Shown piece after piece: positions 37,157 through 46,762 of a stretch of 64,000 nt of DNA (within the stretch, counting starts at the first letter, position 1; each line of letters opens with the position of its first letter). The notes beneath the pieces were generated by a model. It had not been told where the DNA came from and did not search any database. It saw only the letters and a list, made by a program, of their open reading frames with translations. Position numbers and translations under genes: made by a program. Source of the DNA: Candidatus Nomurabacteria bacterium (GTDB lineage Bacteria > Patescibacteriota > Minisyncoccia > Phycocordibacterales > UBA9973); contig JAHFNJ010000006.1 of the NCBI GenBank assembly GCA_023267375.1, positions 684 through 64,683 on the forward strand. Direction: 5' to 3'.

Positions 37157-38692
37157 TTATGCGAATCCTGGGAAAAAGTCTTTTTTGATATGATTTTTAG
37201 GAATTCCTTGATTACGAAGCATGTCATTGAATGCATTCACCATACCGTGCGGTCCTGAAAGATAGAAAACGCGATCGGCAAGATCTGGCACCTTCTCGAC
37301 GACGAGCGGAGCAGTAATTTTACCGACGTATTTTGGATTTTGCTCATCAGAAAGAGCGTGGACAACCGTCAGTGGAATTTTCTTTTTTGCATCTTCAAGA
37401 AAATCAAGGTACGCAATATCACTCTCAGTCTTGTTTGCATAAAACAGCACAATATCCCGCTGGTCGTTCTTGTTGATGAGATGTTGAATCATAGAAAGGT
37501 ATGGGGTAATACCAATACCGCCCGCCATAAAAACAAGTTTTTGTTTTGGATCCTTCGGCAAAATAAAATCACCTGCAAGACTTCCCGCGGAGAGAATATC
37601 TCCTTCTTTTAAAGCAAGTAGTGCGTTTTTAAAACTACTACCATTTGGATATGTTTTTATACCTAAATACACAACTGTATCGTCTGGAGTGGAAGCGATT
37701 GTGAAGTATCGCCGATTGCCGCGGGAATCTGGTTTTTCGTGTGGAAGCGTCCATTCAAGATATTGACCAGGAGTAAAACGGAGTTGCTCAGACGGCTCAA
37801 ATATAAAATCATAGACATCTTTTGTAACCTGTATTTTTTGTTTTAGTTTCAATACTACTTTCTGCTTTGGAGAAACAAAGTACGAAAAAATATTTCCTCC
37901 AAGAAGCGCAAGTTCTGGCGTTAAGTAAAAAGAACCGAAATGCAGTGCTGGCATGAACAAGACACCGACAACTACTCCATAGAGAATCCGCAACAACCTT
38001 GAAGGAGGCATCGTGAGCGGTTCTGTAAACATGACAAACACAAAAAAGAAAAGAGGTGAATAGATGAAAAGACCACTCGCAGTTACGAGCATATTTGTGG
38101 GAGTCAGGTTATGAGAAAGAAGTGTCCCGATTGTTGCAACGATAATAAAACTAATTACTGCATCCCCGCGACGTAATTTTCGAACAAGGAGTACTCCACC
38201 AATAAAGACAAATGGGACCATGAAAAGCGTACCGACCCACCAGGTAGCAACTTGAGAGATGGTGAGTGCTGTAAGTGCCACCGCAAATGCCGCTGGGTTA
38301 AAAATATGTTTCTTGCGAATCGCCAAAATATATTTTGAGGCCATAGACCAGACCGCCGCCCAAAACACAAACATAAGGAATGTCGTATCGGTAAATGATG
38401 CAGGCGGTGAAATAATGAGCGCCAGAATAAGCGCAGTGATGTACGCTGATTCAACATTTTTTGGAGCTTTCCAAACACGGCTAAAAATTTCATTAACAGC
38501 AAGACAGAGCACGAGAATCAGTACTGTAGAGAATAGAAGATGCAGTGGTGAAACTGCAAGAACCCCGAGCACGCCGAGGACTAGAGCAACCAAAATAAGT
38601 CCTACAAGGTAGTACAAAACCAAGCGATACATCGTAATCGCATTCAAGAAATTATCTATTGGTCGTATAAGTAGCTGGAATATTTTTCTCAT
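37157..38692 (-). CDS. membrane oxidoreductase: polytopic N-terminal domain fused to FNR-like FAD-binding and NAD(P)-binding domains
   Basis: The N-terminal ~300 aa form 7-9 hydrophobic helices. The C-terminus has an FNR-type RYFTIAS (RxYS/T FAD motif) and the GGIGITP NAD(P) motif. The start is uncertain because the track ORF overlaps the ApbE gene. Confidence 0.6.
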   Translation of the reverse strand: MRKIFQLLIRPIDNFLNAITMYRLVLYYLVGLILVALVLGVLGVLAVSPLHLLFSTVLILVLCLAVNEIFSRVWKAPKNVESAYITALILALIISPPASFTDTTFLMFVFWAAVWSMASKYILAIRKKHIFNPAAFAVALTALTISQVATWWVGTLFMVPFVFIGGVLLVRKLRRGDAVISFIIVATIGTLLSHNLTPTNMLVTASGLFIYSPLFFFVFVMFTEPLTMPPSRLLRILYGVVVGVLFMPALHFGSFYLTPELALLGGNIFSYFVSPKQKVVLKLKQKIQVTKDVYDFIFEPSEQLRFTPGQYLEWTLPHEKPDSRGNRRYFTIASTPDDTVVYLGIKTYPNGSSFKNALLALKEGDILSAGSLAGDFILPKDPKQKLVFMAGGIGITPYLSMIQHLINKNDQRDIVLFYANKTESDIAYLDFLEDAKKKIPLTVVHALSDEQNPKYVGKITAPLVVEKVPDLADRVFYLSGPHGMVNAFNDMLRNQGIPKNHIKKDFFPGFA

Positions 38693-38696
38693 ATCA

Positions 38697-39473
38697 TTAT
38701 TGTACAACAAATGTACTAAAGTTAGTTGTGGCTGTCGCGATACCCTCACGATCTATCATATACCCCTCAAATCCTGGAAGTTGTTCAATAAAGTAAATCC
38801 CCTCCCGCCCCATCGCAAAAGCAGCTGTCGCAAACCGATCAGCCTCGTATACATTTGGACCAATTACCGTTAAGCTGACAACATCAGCAATTTCTCTATT
38901 GCGCTCGTGAGGATTGTATATGTGACTACCCAAAAGATACGAGCCTGAAGTAGCGACACCAATGGCACTGCCAGCAATTACTTTTACCAGTGTATCTTTT
39001 TCTTTATCGAACAAGCGATCCTTTACACCGCTCCATGGATTGCGGATTCCAACACGCCATGGCAACCCCTCGCTATTGTTTCCTGAAAGTTCAATATCTC
39101 CGCCAGCATCAATACAGAAATTCGTAAACCCCTTATCCGTAAGAAGTACTGCTGCGTTATGGATTGCCCATCCTTTTACGATCCCGGATGGATCATAAGT
39201 GCCATCAGCACGCACAATATCGAAGTATCCATCGGTCGCTTGTTTTGTTTCTTCTGCATAAGCGAATACTTCCTTCATTTCTTCGCTCCAGAGTTCTTCA
39301 GGAAGTTCCCCGTTATTGATTCGCGTTATCTCACTCGTATCTTTATAGACACTAAAGGTTTCATCAACACGCGTAAAATAGGCAAAGACATCATCAAAAT
39401 CTTTCTTCGTCGCCGATGTATCTGCGATCTCGATAGAAATCGGCATACCCATAATTGTCCGCTGTTCTTTCAT
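38697..39473 (-). CDS. apbE: FAD:protein FMN transferase (ApbE family)
   Basis: ApbE-family signatures: ..IGMPISIEIAD..DGYFDI..GIVKGWAIH.. Confidence 0.7.
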   Translation of the reverse strand: MKEQRTIMGMPISIEIADTSATKKDFDDVFAYFTRVDETFSVYKDTSEITRINNGELPEELWSEEMKEVFAYAEETKQATDGYFDIVRADGTYDPSGIVKGWAIHNAAVLLTDKGFTNFCIDAGGDIELSGNNSEGLPWRVGIRNPWSGVKDRLFDKEKDTLVKVIAGSAIGVATSGSYLLGSHIYNPHERNREIADVVSLTVIGPNVYEADRFATAAFAMGREGIYFIEQLPGFEGYMIDREGIATATTNFSTFVVQ

Positions 39474-39484
39474 AAGTATTATTA

Positions 39485-39982
39485 CTAGACCTGTGCCTGC
39501 GAAAGGGCATCTGCAAGCGATTTACGAAAACCCATACTTGTTTCAGTGGCACCTGAGACAGTATCTACTTTGTAGCTTTGCGCCGCAATCGCTTCTTGTT
39601 TGAGTATCGGCATTGCATTCATACTTTTGTAGAGCGAGGTGCTTCGATCCTTCGGATAATCCAAGAATTGAATATCAGTAATTTTTCCACCTTTAATAAC
39701 AGCCTTTACAGAAACATTTCCGTAGTACACATCAACGCTTGGACCAACATATGAGCCATCAACAAGCCCTGTTGCTGTTTTCTTGGGCGGGGGTGGTGTT
39801 GTTTTAGGAATAGTAACAGGTGGTACTGGTGTATCTTGTACTGGAGTTTTTACCGGGACAACTTCTGGAACAGACGTCGTTGTGTCAGCAACAGATACAA
39901 CAGGGTCTGTCTTTTGATTTGCGTACAGTACATAAAAACCAAAACCAGCAATAACAATAATCGAGAGAAGAATTTTTTTCAT
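39485..39982 (-). CDS. membrane-anchored FMN-binding domain protein (ApbE flavinylation target)
   Basis: N-terminal TM (MKKILLSIIVIAGFGFYVLYA), a Pro/Thr-rich linker and an FMN_bind domain ending in D-T-V-S-G-A-T (the Dxx[ST]GA[TS] motif flavinylated by ApbE). Confidence 0.6.
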   Translation of the reverse strand: MKKILLSIIVIAGFGFYVLYANQKTDPVVSVADTTTSVPEVVPVKTPVQDTPVPPVTIPKTTPPPPKKTATGLVDGSYVGPSVDVYYGNVSVKAVIKGGKITDIQFLDYPKDRSTSLYKSMNAMPILKQEAIAAQSYKVDTVSGATETSMGFRKSLADALSQAQV

Positions 39983-40082
39983 AATGTAAGTGCGTATTAT
40001 TTTAATGCTTACTCTTTTTATAAAAAGAGTAAGCATTTGTATATACGTTTTCAGAAGAATAGTGGTGCAAAAGTGGCCAATA

Positions 40083-40592
40083 CTACTGTGCATCTACTCC
40101 GAGAGTAGTAGGCATAACACGAATAAATTTTGCTTCAATTTGACCTTGATCGTTTGGGTTTCCAATGACGACAATCGGAGCATCAACCTGCAAATCAGAA
40201 GTGTCCCCCTCTCCGTCTCTACCAATTTCAATATCAGTATTATCAGCTATTAAAATGATCTTCTCTGTTCCATCGTTATCTTTCACGATAATTGTCGGGA
40301 GTGATACTTGAATGATTGATCCGACGGCGCCATGCGGGTTTGAGAAATGCCGAGAAACACTATCCAGTTTTCCGCGTGGAGGAGTGCCAAAATTTTCAAG
40401 ATAGTGTTCTCCCCACGCTCCTTCAAATGAGGCACGATGGAATCCAACAAAAACGCCGGCAGAAAAAATTGCCGATGCAACGATAACGGCAGCAAGTATA
40501 TATATAATCTTTAAAAACAATTTTGATTCAAATCCTTTCTGTATATTTTTTTTTATTTCTTCTGTTTCCATCCGGTTAGTGAAAAATGGCAT
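40083..40592 (-). CDS. hypothetical membrane-anchored protein
   Basis: 169 aa with one TM (LKIIYILAAVIVASAIFSAGVFVGF). No family recognised. Confidence 0.4.
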   Translation of the reverse strand: MPFFTNRMETEEIKKNIQKGFESKLFLKIIYILAAVIVASAIFSAGVFVGFHRASFEGAWGEHYLENFGTPPRGKLDSVSRHFSNPHGAVGSIIQVSLPTIIVKDNDGTEKIILIADNTDIEIGRDGEGDTSDLQVDAPIVVIGNPNDQGQIEAKFIRVMPTTLGVDAQ

Positions 40593-40740
40593 TATTGGTT
40601 TTTGCCATATTTTATTATGTGATAATAATTGAACATACTTTTATACTGATACTTATTTTTTACCAATGCCTTCGGCTATGCCATTTTCTACTACCGGATC
40701 CATATGGTAATTCATGATTATATCTTTTAATGGGCTTTCA

Positions 40741-41145
40741 TTATGCAAAACGCGGATGTGAAATAGTCGTCTGTACAGCACGCTTTAATGACCACAATAC
40801 GACAACCAGTAACGCAAAACAGAGAGCAACACTCATCACTGGCAAAGATTCGGCCATCGAGAGAAGGAGTTCTTTCCATGAATGTGCGAGCACACCGTTA
40901 CCAGAGAATGTAAGCGCTACATACTTTCCAAAGCCAGAGAGCGCAAAATCATTCGCCAGCCCCTTTATAGCGGGGACAAGTGCGGTAACAGAAAAAATAC
41001 TAACCAACAGAAAACCGAAGCGCTTACGGTAGGTAACCCGTCTTTGTTTCAGTACGATAGTATCCCAAATCCGCAACGAGAGGTCCGGTTCGGGTATATA
41101 GGCATCTTTTTTAAAAATTGTAGTGAGGCGCTGATCCATGTTCAT
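40741..41145 (-). CDS. putative anti-sigma factor (membrane protein co-transcribed with ECF sigma)
   Basis: Starts 8 nt after the ECF sigma stop. Has a short cytoplasmic N-terminus and 2-3 TM helices. Confidence 0.4.
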   Translation of the reverse strand: MNMDQRLTTIFKKDAYIPEPDLSLRIWDTIVLKQRRVTYRKRFGFLLVSIFSVTALVPAIKGLANDFALSGFGKYVALTFSGNGVLAHSWKELLLSMAESLPVMSVALCFALLVVVLWSLKRAVQTTISHPRFA

Positions 41146-41153
41146 ATGTACGA

Positions 41154-41768
41154 TTATACCTCCTCCTCCGGTGCATGAGGGATGGTAACCATTTTTTGTA
41201 ATTGTAATAATGCTCGACGATGATAACTTTTCACCGTATTCATTGGTTTATTGAGCACCTTCCCTATTTCTTCAAAGGTCATTTCTTCCTGGTAGTGCAA
41301 TGTAAAAATTGTACGGTAATCAAGAGAAAGCGTATCGAGAAGCGTATTTAAAAAGAGGGTATCTTCTAATTTTTCTAGCACCTTATCAGGCAAGACCGCG
41401 TCATCTACGAGCGTGTCCGAAAAGGGAGTTTCTTCCTCCATTCTTTCTAAATCAGAAAAAACAACCGACTTTTTCTTGCGCAAAAAATCAGTAACGGTGT
41501 TCCGCGCAATCGTAAAAATCCACGTCTTGAAACTCGCCTTACGCGAATCAAAGTTTTTTATATTTTTCCATGCCTTGATGAACGTGTCCTGAAGGATATC
41601 GGGAATCACTGAAATGCCGACAAACCGTCGAGAAAAATTACCGAGTGAATCGGTATATCGTTCAATCAGTATTTTGAATGCCTCTTCGTATCCTTCATTA
41701 TAGAGTGCAATGAGTTCTTCGTCGTTTTTTTCTTGCATGATACATTCACGAACTTCTGTCGTGCTCAT
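41154..41768 (-). CDS. ECF (group 4) RNA polymerase sigma factor
   Basis: Region 2 is ..YEEAFKILIERYTDSLGNFSRRFV...DILQDTFIKAWKNIKNFD. The region 4 HTH is MTFEEIGKVLNKPMNTVKSYHRRALLQL. Confidence 0.8.
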   Translation of the reverse strand: MSTTEVRECIMQEKNDEELIALYNEGYEEAFKILIERYTDSLGNFSRRFVGISVIPDILQDTFIKAWKNIKNFDSRKASFKTWIFTIARNTVTDFLRKKKSVVFSDLERMEEETPFSDTLVDDAVLPDKVLEKLEDTLFLNTLLDTLSLDYRTIFTLHYQEEMTFEEIGKVLNKPMNTVKSYHRRALLQLQKMVTIPHAPEEEV

Positions 41769-41841
41769 ATCACTATACTCTCGAGACTGCCTTTTTCAAA
41801 ACCACCCCGTATTTGTGTACGGGGTGTTTTTTCGTCTCAAC

Positions 41842-42336
41842 TTATTCAACAATAAGCATTCCTTTCATACCATTGGCACGATGGCTACCAACACTACAGT
41901 AGTATTCAAAACTACCCGCTTTGTCTGCTACAAAAGTAACTGTCGCAATAGCTCCGTCTTTAATGCGGTCAGTTTTTGCATTAAATTCATCAATGATAAA
42001 ATCATGGAATCCGCCATCATTCTTGAAATTGATCGTTACTGTATCGCCCTTCTTCACCTTCATCACCGTTGGCACAAAGTAGAAATTGCCGCCATTCACA
42101 TCAAAGGTAACAGCACTACCAGCTGCTGCACTCTCTGCCGTCGTTGCCTGAGCTTTTTGTGCATCAGTCATATCTGGCGGAGTCACCACCTTCATCGGCA
42201 TAGCATCTGCAGGTTTTTCTTGCGCAGACTGTTCTGTCGCCTCCATAGGACCTTCTGATTTTTCCTTGGCTTTAAGTAAAAAAATTCCACCAATCACAAC
42301 AATGCCGATCACAACCCAAATAATTTCTTTTTTCAT
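41842..42336 (-). CDS. membrane-anchored cupredoxin (type 1 blue copper protein-like)
   Basis: N-terminal TM MKKEIIWVVIGIVVIGGIFLL. The C-terminal domain carries His (GGFHDF) and the Cys-x4-His-x4-Met ligand set (YYCSVGSHRANGMKG). Confidence 0.65.
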   Translation of the reverse strand: MKKEIIWVVIGIVVIGGIFLLKAKEKSEGPMEATEQSAQEKPADAMPMKVVTPPDMTDAQKAQATTAESAAAGSAVTFDVNGGNFYFVPTVMKVKKGDTVTINFKNDGGFHDFIIDEFNAKTDRIKDGAIATVTFVADKAGSFEYYCSVGSHRANGMKGMLIVE

Positions 42337-42377
42337 ACAATAAAAAAAATAACTACTAATAATGTAGCACCAGTATA

Positions 42378-44057
42378 CTATTGTTGTCGCTCCAATGCAC
42401 ACTTGTTGTCCGCATCAAGACCAACCATAGTAAACAATGTCTGACAGATAGTATCCATGCTCTGGTTTTTGGCAAAAACGTGATTCTCGCCCGGAATAAT
42501 AATAAATGTACCAGGAACTTTATTTGCTTTCATTTTCTCCTGCAAAAATGTCGCTTGGATTGGCGGGACAGTCGTATCTTTCTCTGCCTGAATGATAAAA
42601 ATTTTCTTGGCAGTTACGCGCTTCAACCGACTGATGATTGAGGCCTTTTCATACAACGACGCATTATGTCCTCCCGGTACGCCACCAAAGAGCGTATTGA
42701 AAATAGAATTCTGCAAATAGGTATTGAGTGCCGCCCAATCAGTAACACCGTTTATCGAAAGCGCGCCTGCGAATAATTCTGGGTAGCCCGCAAGCGAGCG
42801 GAGCGCCAAATACCCGCCGTAACTGTTACCAACAAGATAGATGTCGCCGACACTTCTTCCTTTCTTGAGAGCACTGATGGCATTGGCGACATCAGTCATA
42901 TCATTTTTCCCAACTCCTCGTCTGATGGCCTCCGTATGTGCGCGGCTTCCACCATAACTTCCCGCATAATCAATTTTCAATACTTCAGCGCCAGCGCCTA
43001 CTGCTTCTTCAAGCATCCAGTCGTACACGCCATAACTGCTATACGGATGCCGAATAAATGAAGTCTGTCGGTATGGTCCACCGTGGAGCCACACAATAAG
43101 TGGTGATGGCGTTTCCCCTGCTTGTGGTGGCGCCTTCAGAGAAGACCTCATGAACACAGTTTCAACGCCACCAAGTTTTTGATGTATATAAAAAGTAGCA
43201 TCGTTGTAGAGCGGTGTCTTCATGGGAACATCGAACGGCGAAACAATTCCTGTCGCAAGATCATTGATAACAACCGGAGCAGTACCGAGCGGCGTCATCT
43301 GTGTAAAAAGCACAGCACTACCGGAGGGCCGAAGAACGGTATCGTACGCAACATTTTCTGCGAGTATTTTTTTTGTCTTTAGCTTTATGTTATATGAATA
43401 CAAAATCCAGTTGTATGGATTTTCTGCGGTGTTCGCTACATACAGCAATGTCTCTGGATCCGTATACAAAAAATCACCGATGGTAATACCGGAAGTAATT
43501 GCAGTCCCCCGCAATGCCTTGCTCGAGGGACTCGAAAGCGACGCAACATAGAGCGACAAGAAACCACTGCGATCGTCAACATACGCCAAGGTTGATTCAT
43601 CGGGCGCAAAACGAAAAATATGTGGCTGTTCTTGGAGTGAATCCCAGAACGTAAGCGTATTGTTAACTGCATACCGCCCCTTAGTCTTGCCATCAATCAA
43701 GCCGACCGTACGAAGCGACGAAGATTTATCGAAAGAAATGTACGCGCCATAGCGACCTGTTGGAGACAGTCGCTGGTATGATGTTTTTTTGGGAAACGTC
43801 ACCTGTGTATTTTGTGCGGCAACCGACGGTCCAGTTGCCGGAGCAGGTGGCACCACAGCAATATCTTCACATGCATGTGTTGTCACACTGCATGAAAAAT
43901 AGTGTTTCGTTTCTAAATCTTTCCATTCAATATAGGCAGTGTCTCCTTCAACACGCACAATTGATCCGTACCAAAAAGGACGCGCAGAAACTGCTTTGGG
44001 TAAACACAAAGCAAGAATGAAAAGAACAGTGAGGTATAGAATTTTATACTTTCGCAT
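42378..44057 (-). CDS. secreted S9-family serine peptidase (prolyl oligopeptidase / acylaminoacyl peptidase-like)
   Basis: Signal peptide, an N-terminal beta-propeller-like region, and a C-terminal alpha/beta hydrolase with the nucleophile elbow GNSYGG. Confidence 0.7.
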   Translation of the reverse strand: MRKYKILYLTVLFILALCLPKAVSARPFWYGSIVRVEGDTAYIEWKDLETKHYFSCSVTTHACEDIAVVPPAPATGPSVAAQNTQVTFPKKTSYQRLSPTGRYGAYISFDKSSSLRTVGLIDGKTKGRYAVNNTLTFWDSLQEQPHIFRFAPDESTLAYVDDRSGFLSLYVASLSSPSSKALRGTAITSGITIGDFLYTDPETLLYVANTAENPYNWILYSYNIKLKTKKILAENVAYDTVLRPSGSAVLFTQMTPLGTAPVVINDLATGIVSPFDVPMKTPLYNDATFYIHQKLGGVETVFMRSSLKAPPQAGETPSPLIVWLHGGPYRQTSFIRHPYSSYGVYDWMLEEAVGAGAEVLKIDYAGSYGGSRAHTEAIRRGVGKNDMTDVANAISALKKGRSVGDIYLVGNSYGGYLALRSLAGYPELFAGALSINGVTDWAALNTYLQNSIFNTLFGGVPGGHNASLYEKASIISRLKRVTAKKIFIIQAEKDTTVPPIQATFLQEKMKANKVPGTFIIIPGENHVFAKNQSMDTICQTLFTMVGLDADNKCALERQQ

Positions 44058-44100
44058 CTGCTTATAATAGCATACGCCTCAAAGCTTTCGCGGAGATCAC

Positions 44101-45117
44101 CTAGAAAAACACACTTGAACGATATATAGAAATGAGAGCGTAGAGAAAACTAACAGCGAGCGGACCGATCAAAATACCAACAGGACCCATCATAGAAACT
44201 CCACCGAGTACGGCAAAGAGAATGAGAAGTGGTGGGATCTGCATCTTTCGTCCAACAAGCACGGGATTCAGTACATTGTCGATCATTCCCACCAACACGG
44301 CAGCCCAGATAGCAAAGCCAACACCAGCACCTGTCTGTCCTGTCGCGAAGAGGTAGAGGATAATAGGTACGCAGACGATAGCTGTACCGATAGAAGGAAT
44401 GAGCGAGGCAATAGCCGCAAGCATGCCGAACAACGCCGCATTAGGCACACCAAAAACAGTGAGCCCAATTCCGACAAGCGCTCCTTGGATAAGCGCGATC
44501 AACAGGTACCCGCGAACAACGCCCGTAATGGCGCCTTCGAGTTTTGTCAGCACTTTTTCATCGTCAGCGTCAGGAAGCGGAGAAAGGAGAATGAGTGCTT
44601 TCTTCCAGCGTGCACCGTCTTTCAAAAAATAAAATGTGGCAAGGATGACCAAGAGGAATGAGAAGAGTGTATCGAGTGTCGCAGTGAAAATGTGGGCAAT
44701 CTGGTTTGAAATCGATGAGACGATCTGCGCAATCTTGTCTTCGACATTAAACGTCACACCAGTCGGCAAAAAACTTTGTATCGAGTGATTTATGTTTGCA
44801 ATATATGCTGACGGAGTAGCGCTGGTAGTAATAGAATGATAAAGCGCACTTGTCTCCTTAAATATAATGGCTCCGCCAATAAAGAGCGGCACACAGAGGA
44901 CAACAATAAAACAAAGAAGGGTTAGGATTGCAGAGAACCAGCCGTCCTGCCAAGGCATTTTCTTATTGAAGAGTTTATAGAGAGGATACAGAAGGACTGC
45001 GAGTGATGCACCAAGCACAAGTACCGTCAGAAACGGCCAGAAAATCGCTCCTGCTAAAACAATCGCAAGGATGAGCGCTCCGAAGAAAAAATATTTTGAA
45101 TTGATCTTAGTGTTCAT
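44101..45117 (-). CDS. AI-2E family transporter (PerM/UPF0118)
   Basis: 338 aa with 8 TM and the typical AI-2E arrangement and C-terminal ..GPVGILIGPLAVSFL. Confidence 0.7.
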   Translation of the reverse strand: MNTKINSKYFFFGALILAIVLAGAIFWPFLTVLVLGASLAVLLYPLYKLFNKKMPWQDGWFSAILTLLCFIVVLCVPLFIGGAIIFKETSALYHSITTSATPSAYIANINHSIQSFLPTGVTFNVEDKIAQIVSSISNQIAHIFTATLDTLFSFLLVILATFYFLKDGARWKKALILLSPLPDADDEKVLTKLEGAITGVVRGYLLIALIQGALVGIGLTVFGVPNAALFGMLAAIASLIPSIGTAIVCVPIILYLFATGQTGAGVGFAIWAAVLVGMIDNVLNPVLVGRKMQIPPLLILFAVLGGVSMMGPVGILIGPLAVSFLYALISIYRSSVFF

Positions 45118-45130
45118 CCTGTAGTGAAGT

Positions 45131-45883
45131 TTACTTTAACGTAAATGAGGCTTTAACCGTAACCATAATCTGCTTTTCGATTTGCGAAGTATCGTACGCA
45201 CCATAATCAGACACTTCGAGAGAATTTGCAGAAGTTACCTGCACCACCCCGGAAGATGCTGATTTAAGTGTTCCCACAGACTTACCCGTAGATTCAGCAA
45301 GTTTTTGGGCACGAGCTTTTGCATCAACAAGCGCATCGCCCAACAGCGCAACACGTTCTTCTGGCAATTTTGAATAATAGTACTCAAGTGACTGAGTTGA
45401 GAAGATGACTCCTTGGTCAATGAGTGTATTTGTATTCTTGGCAATGTTCGTGATGCCAGGAACATCGTCCGAATTAATGATGAAGGTCTGACGAAGCGTA
45501 TACTGCTTTTCACCGACACCATTGTTTTGGTCATAGACTTCATCCATAGAAACTGGAGAAACAACAAGCTGTGAATCTTGAATGCCTTTCTGTTTCAAAA
45601 ACGCATTAACAGCAGCAAGATCAGCATCCATCTGCGCGTAACTTGTCTTCAACATACTGACACGCGTTTGGCGCGTAATGACAGAAACCCAACGGACCTT
45701 GTCTGCGGTAACCTCCTTGGTCGCAGAACCTGTTACTGAAACCGCATTGTCGAAAGAGCGGACTCGATAGAAAGCGACTGCTCCAATGAGCGTACTTACA
45801 ATAAGCGCACAACCGATAATGATCGGAAATGAGATCGGTGGAATAATCGCAATACGTTTTGTTTCTTGAGGTGTATTTTCCAT
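45131..45883 (-). CDS. SIMPL (DUF541) domain protein, membrane-anchored
   Basis: TM anchor, then the SIMPL pattern: VSVTGSATKEVTADKV..., ..QKGIQDSQLVVSPVSMDEVY.. and the C-terminal ..ALVDAKARAQKLAESTGKSVGTLKS. Confidence 0.5.
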   Translation of the reverse strand: MENTPQETKRIAIIPPISFPIIIGCALIVSTLIGAVAFYRVRSFDNAVSVTGSATKEVTADKVRWVSVITRQTRVSMLKTSYAQMDADLAAVNAFLKQKGIQDSQLVVSPVSMDEVYDQNNGVGEKQYTLRQTFIINSDDVPGITNIAKNTNTLIDQGVIFSTQSLEYYYSKLPEERVALLGDALVDAKARAQKLAESTGKSVGTLKSASSGVVQVTSANSLEVSDYGAYDTSQIEKQIMVTVKASFTLK

Positions 45884-45901
45884 ACGTTGAGTATACCTCT
45901 T

Positions 45902-46753
45902 TTATTTCATTAACAAAAGTCCGGCAAGCGCCACCAAACTACCAACAATCTTTCTTGGTAAATCTTCCCGTTCTTTCAAAATTACCGCCGCAGCGATAAA
46001 AATAATGACAACTTTAAACGTAGTTACTGCTGAAACCAAACTGAGATTACCTACTGCAAACAACAAAATAACCCATGACAGTGATTGGAGAAATCGTAGA
46101 ACCCCCGTAATCGAAATATCTTTTTTTGTATACTGACTTTTACTATGTGTAATAAGCACAGCTATACCCAGAAAAGCGCATTGCGCCCACCAACTCAACA
46201 TTGTGCCGGCAGAAAAACCAGTCATTTTCAAAAGCGCTCGTTCAGCAGTAAGCGAAACTCCTAACATCACGCCAGAGAGCAGCATGAGCATAAAATATTT
46301 ATCAAACTTAAATCTACTAATCCGATGCTTCTTAGAGACAGTAACCATACCAATAAGCAACAACGCTGTCCCAAATCCTTGGATGGTGGTTAGTTTTTCA
46401 TTTAAAAATAGAGTAGCAAGAACAATAGTAATAGGAGTATAAATATTACTGACCAAAGTACTAACACCGGCTTCTACATGTTTTTGGGCAGTATACGAAC
46501 TCACAAAATAAGCTGCACCAAAAATGCCGCACACCAAAGAAAGCAGAATCAAATGGAGAATATTACCTTGGAGATAAAAAGGACTGAAAAGCGGTAAGAA
46601 CAAACTCAATACAACAGTAATAAGTGTTACCTGAAAAGCAAAGTGTGTCTGCCCTTCATTAGTAATATTTTTCTTTGTTGCCAACCATCGCCGCTGAAGT
46701 GGTGATGCACTGGCTGCAACAAAATAAAAAATATAACTTAGAAATACGATCAT
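45902..46753 (-). CDS. EamA/DMT-superfamily transporter
   Basis: 283 aa with 10 TM helices in two 5-TM halves. Confidence 0.6.
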   Translation of the reverse strand: MIVFLSYIFYFVAASASPLQRRWLATKKNITNEGQTHFAFQVTLITVVLSLFLPLFSPFYLQGNILHLILLSLVCGIFGAAYFVSSYTAQKHVEAGVSTLVSNIYTPITIVLATLFLNEKLTTIQGFGTALLLIGMVTVSKKHRISRFKFDKYFMLMLLSGVMLGVSLTAERALLKMTGFSAGTMLSWWAQCAFLGIAVLITHSKSQYTKKDISITGVLRFLQSLSWVILLFAVGNLSLVSAVTTFKVVIIFIAAAVILKEREDLPRKIVGSLVALAGLLLMK

Positions 46754-46762
46754 AGGGTAATT

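Noticed and set aside
37157-38749. Bacterial NOX / ferric-reductase-type heme membrane domain for the FNR-fusion protein
   Set aside because: The membrane domain lacks the paired His residues spaced 13-14 apart in two helices that bind the b-hemes of FRE/NOX domains, so only a generic FNR-like membrane oxidoreductase is called.
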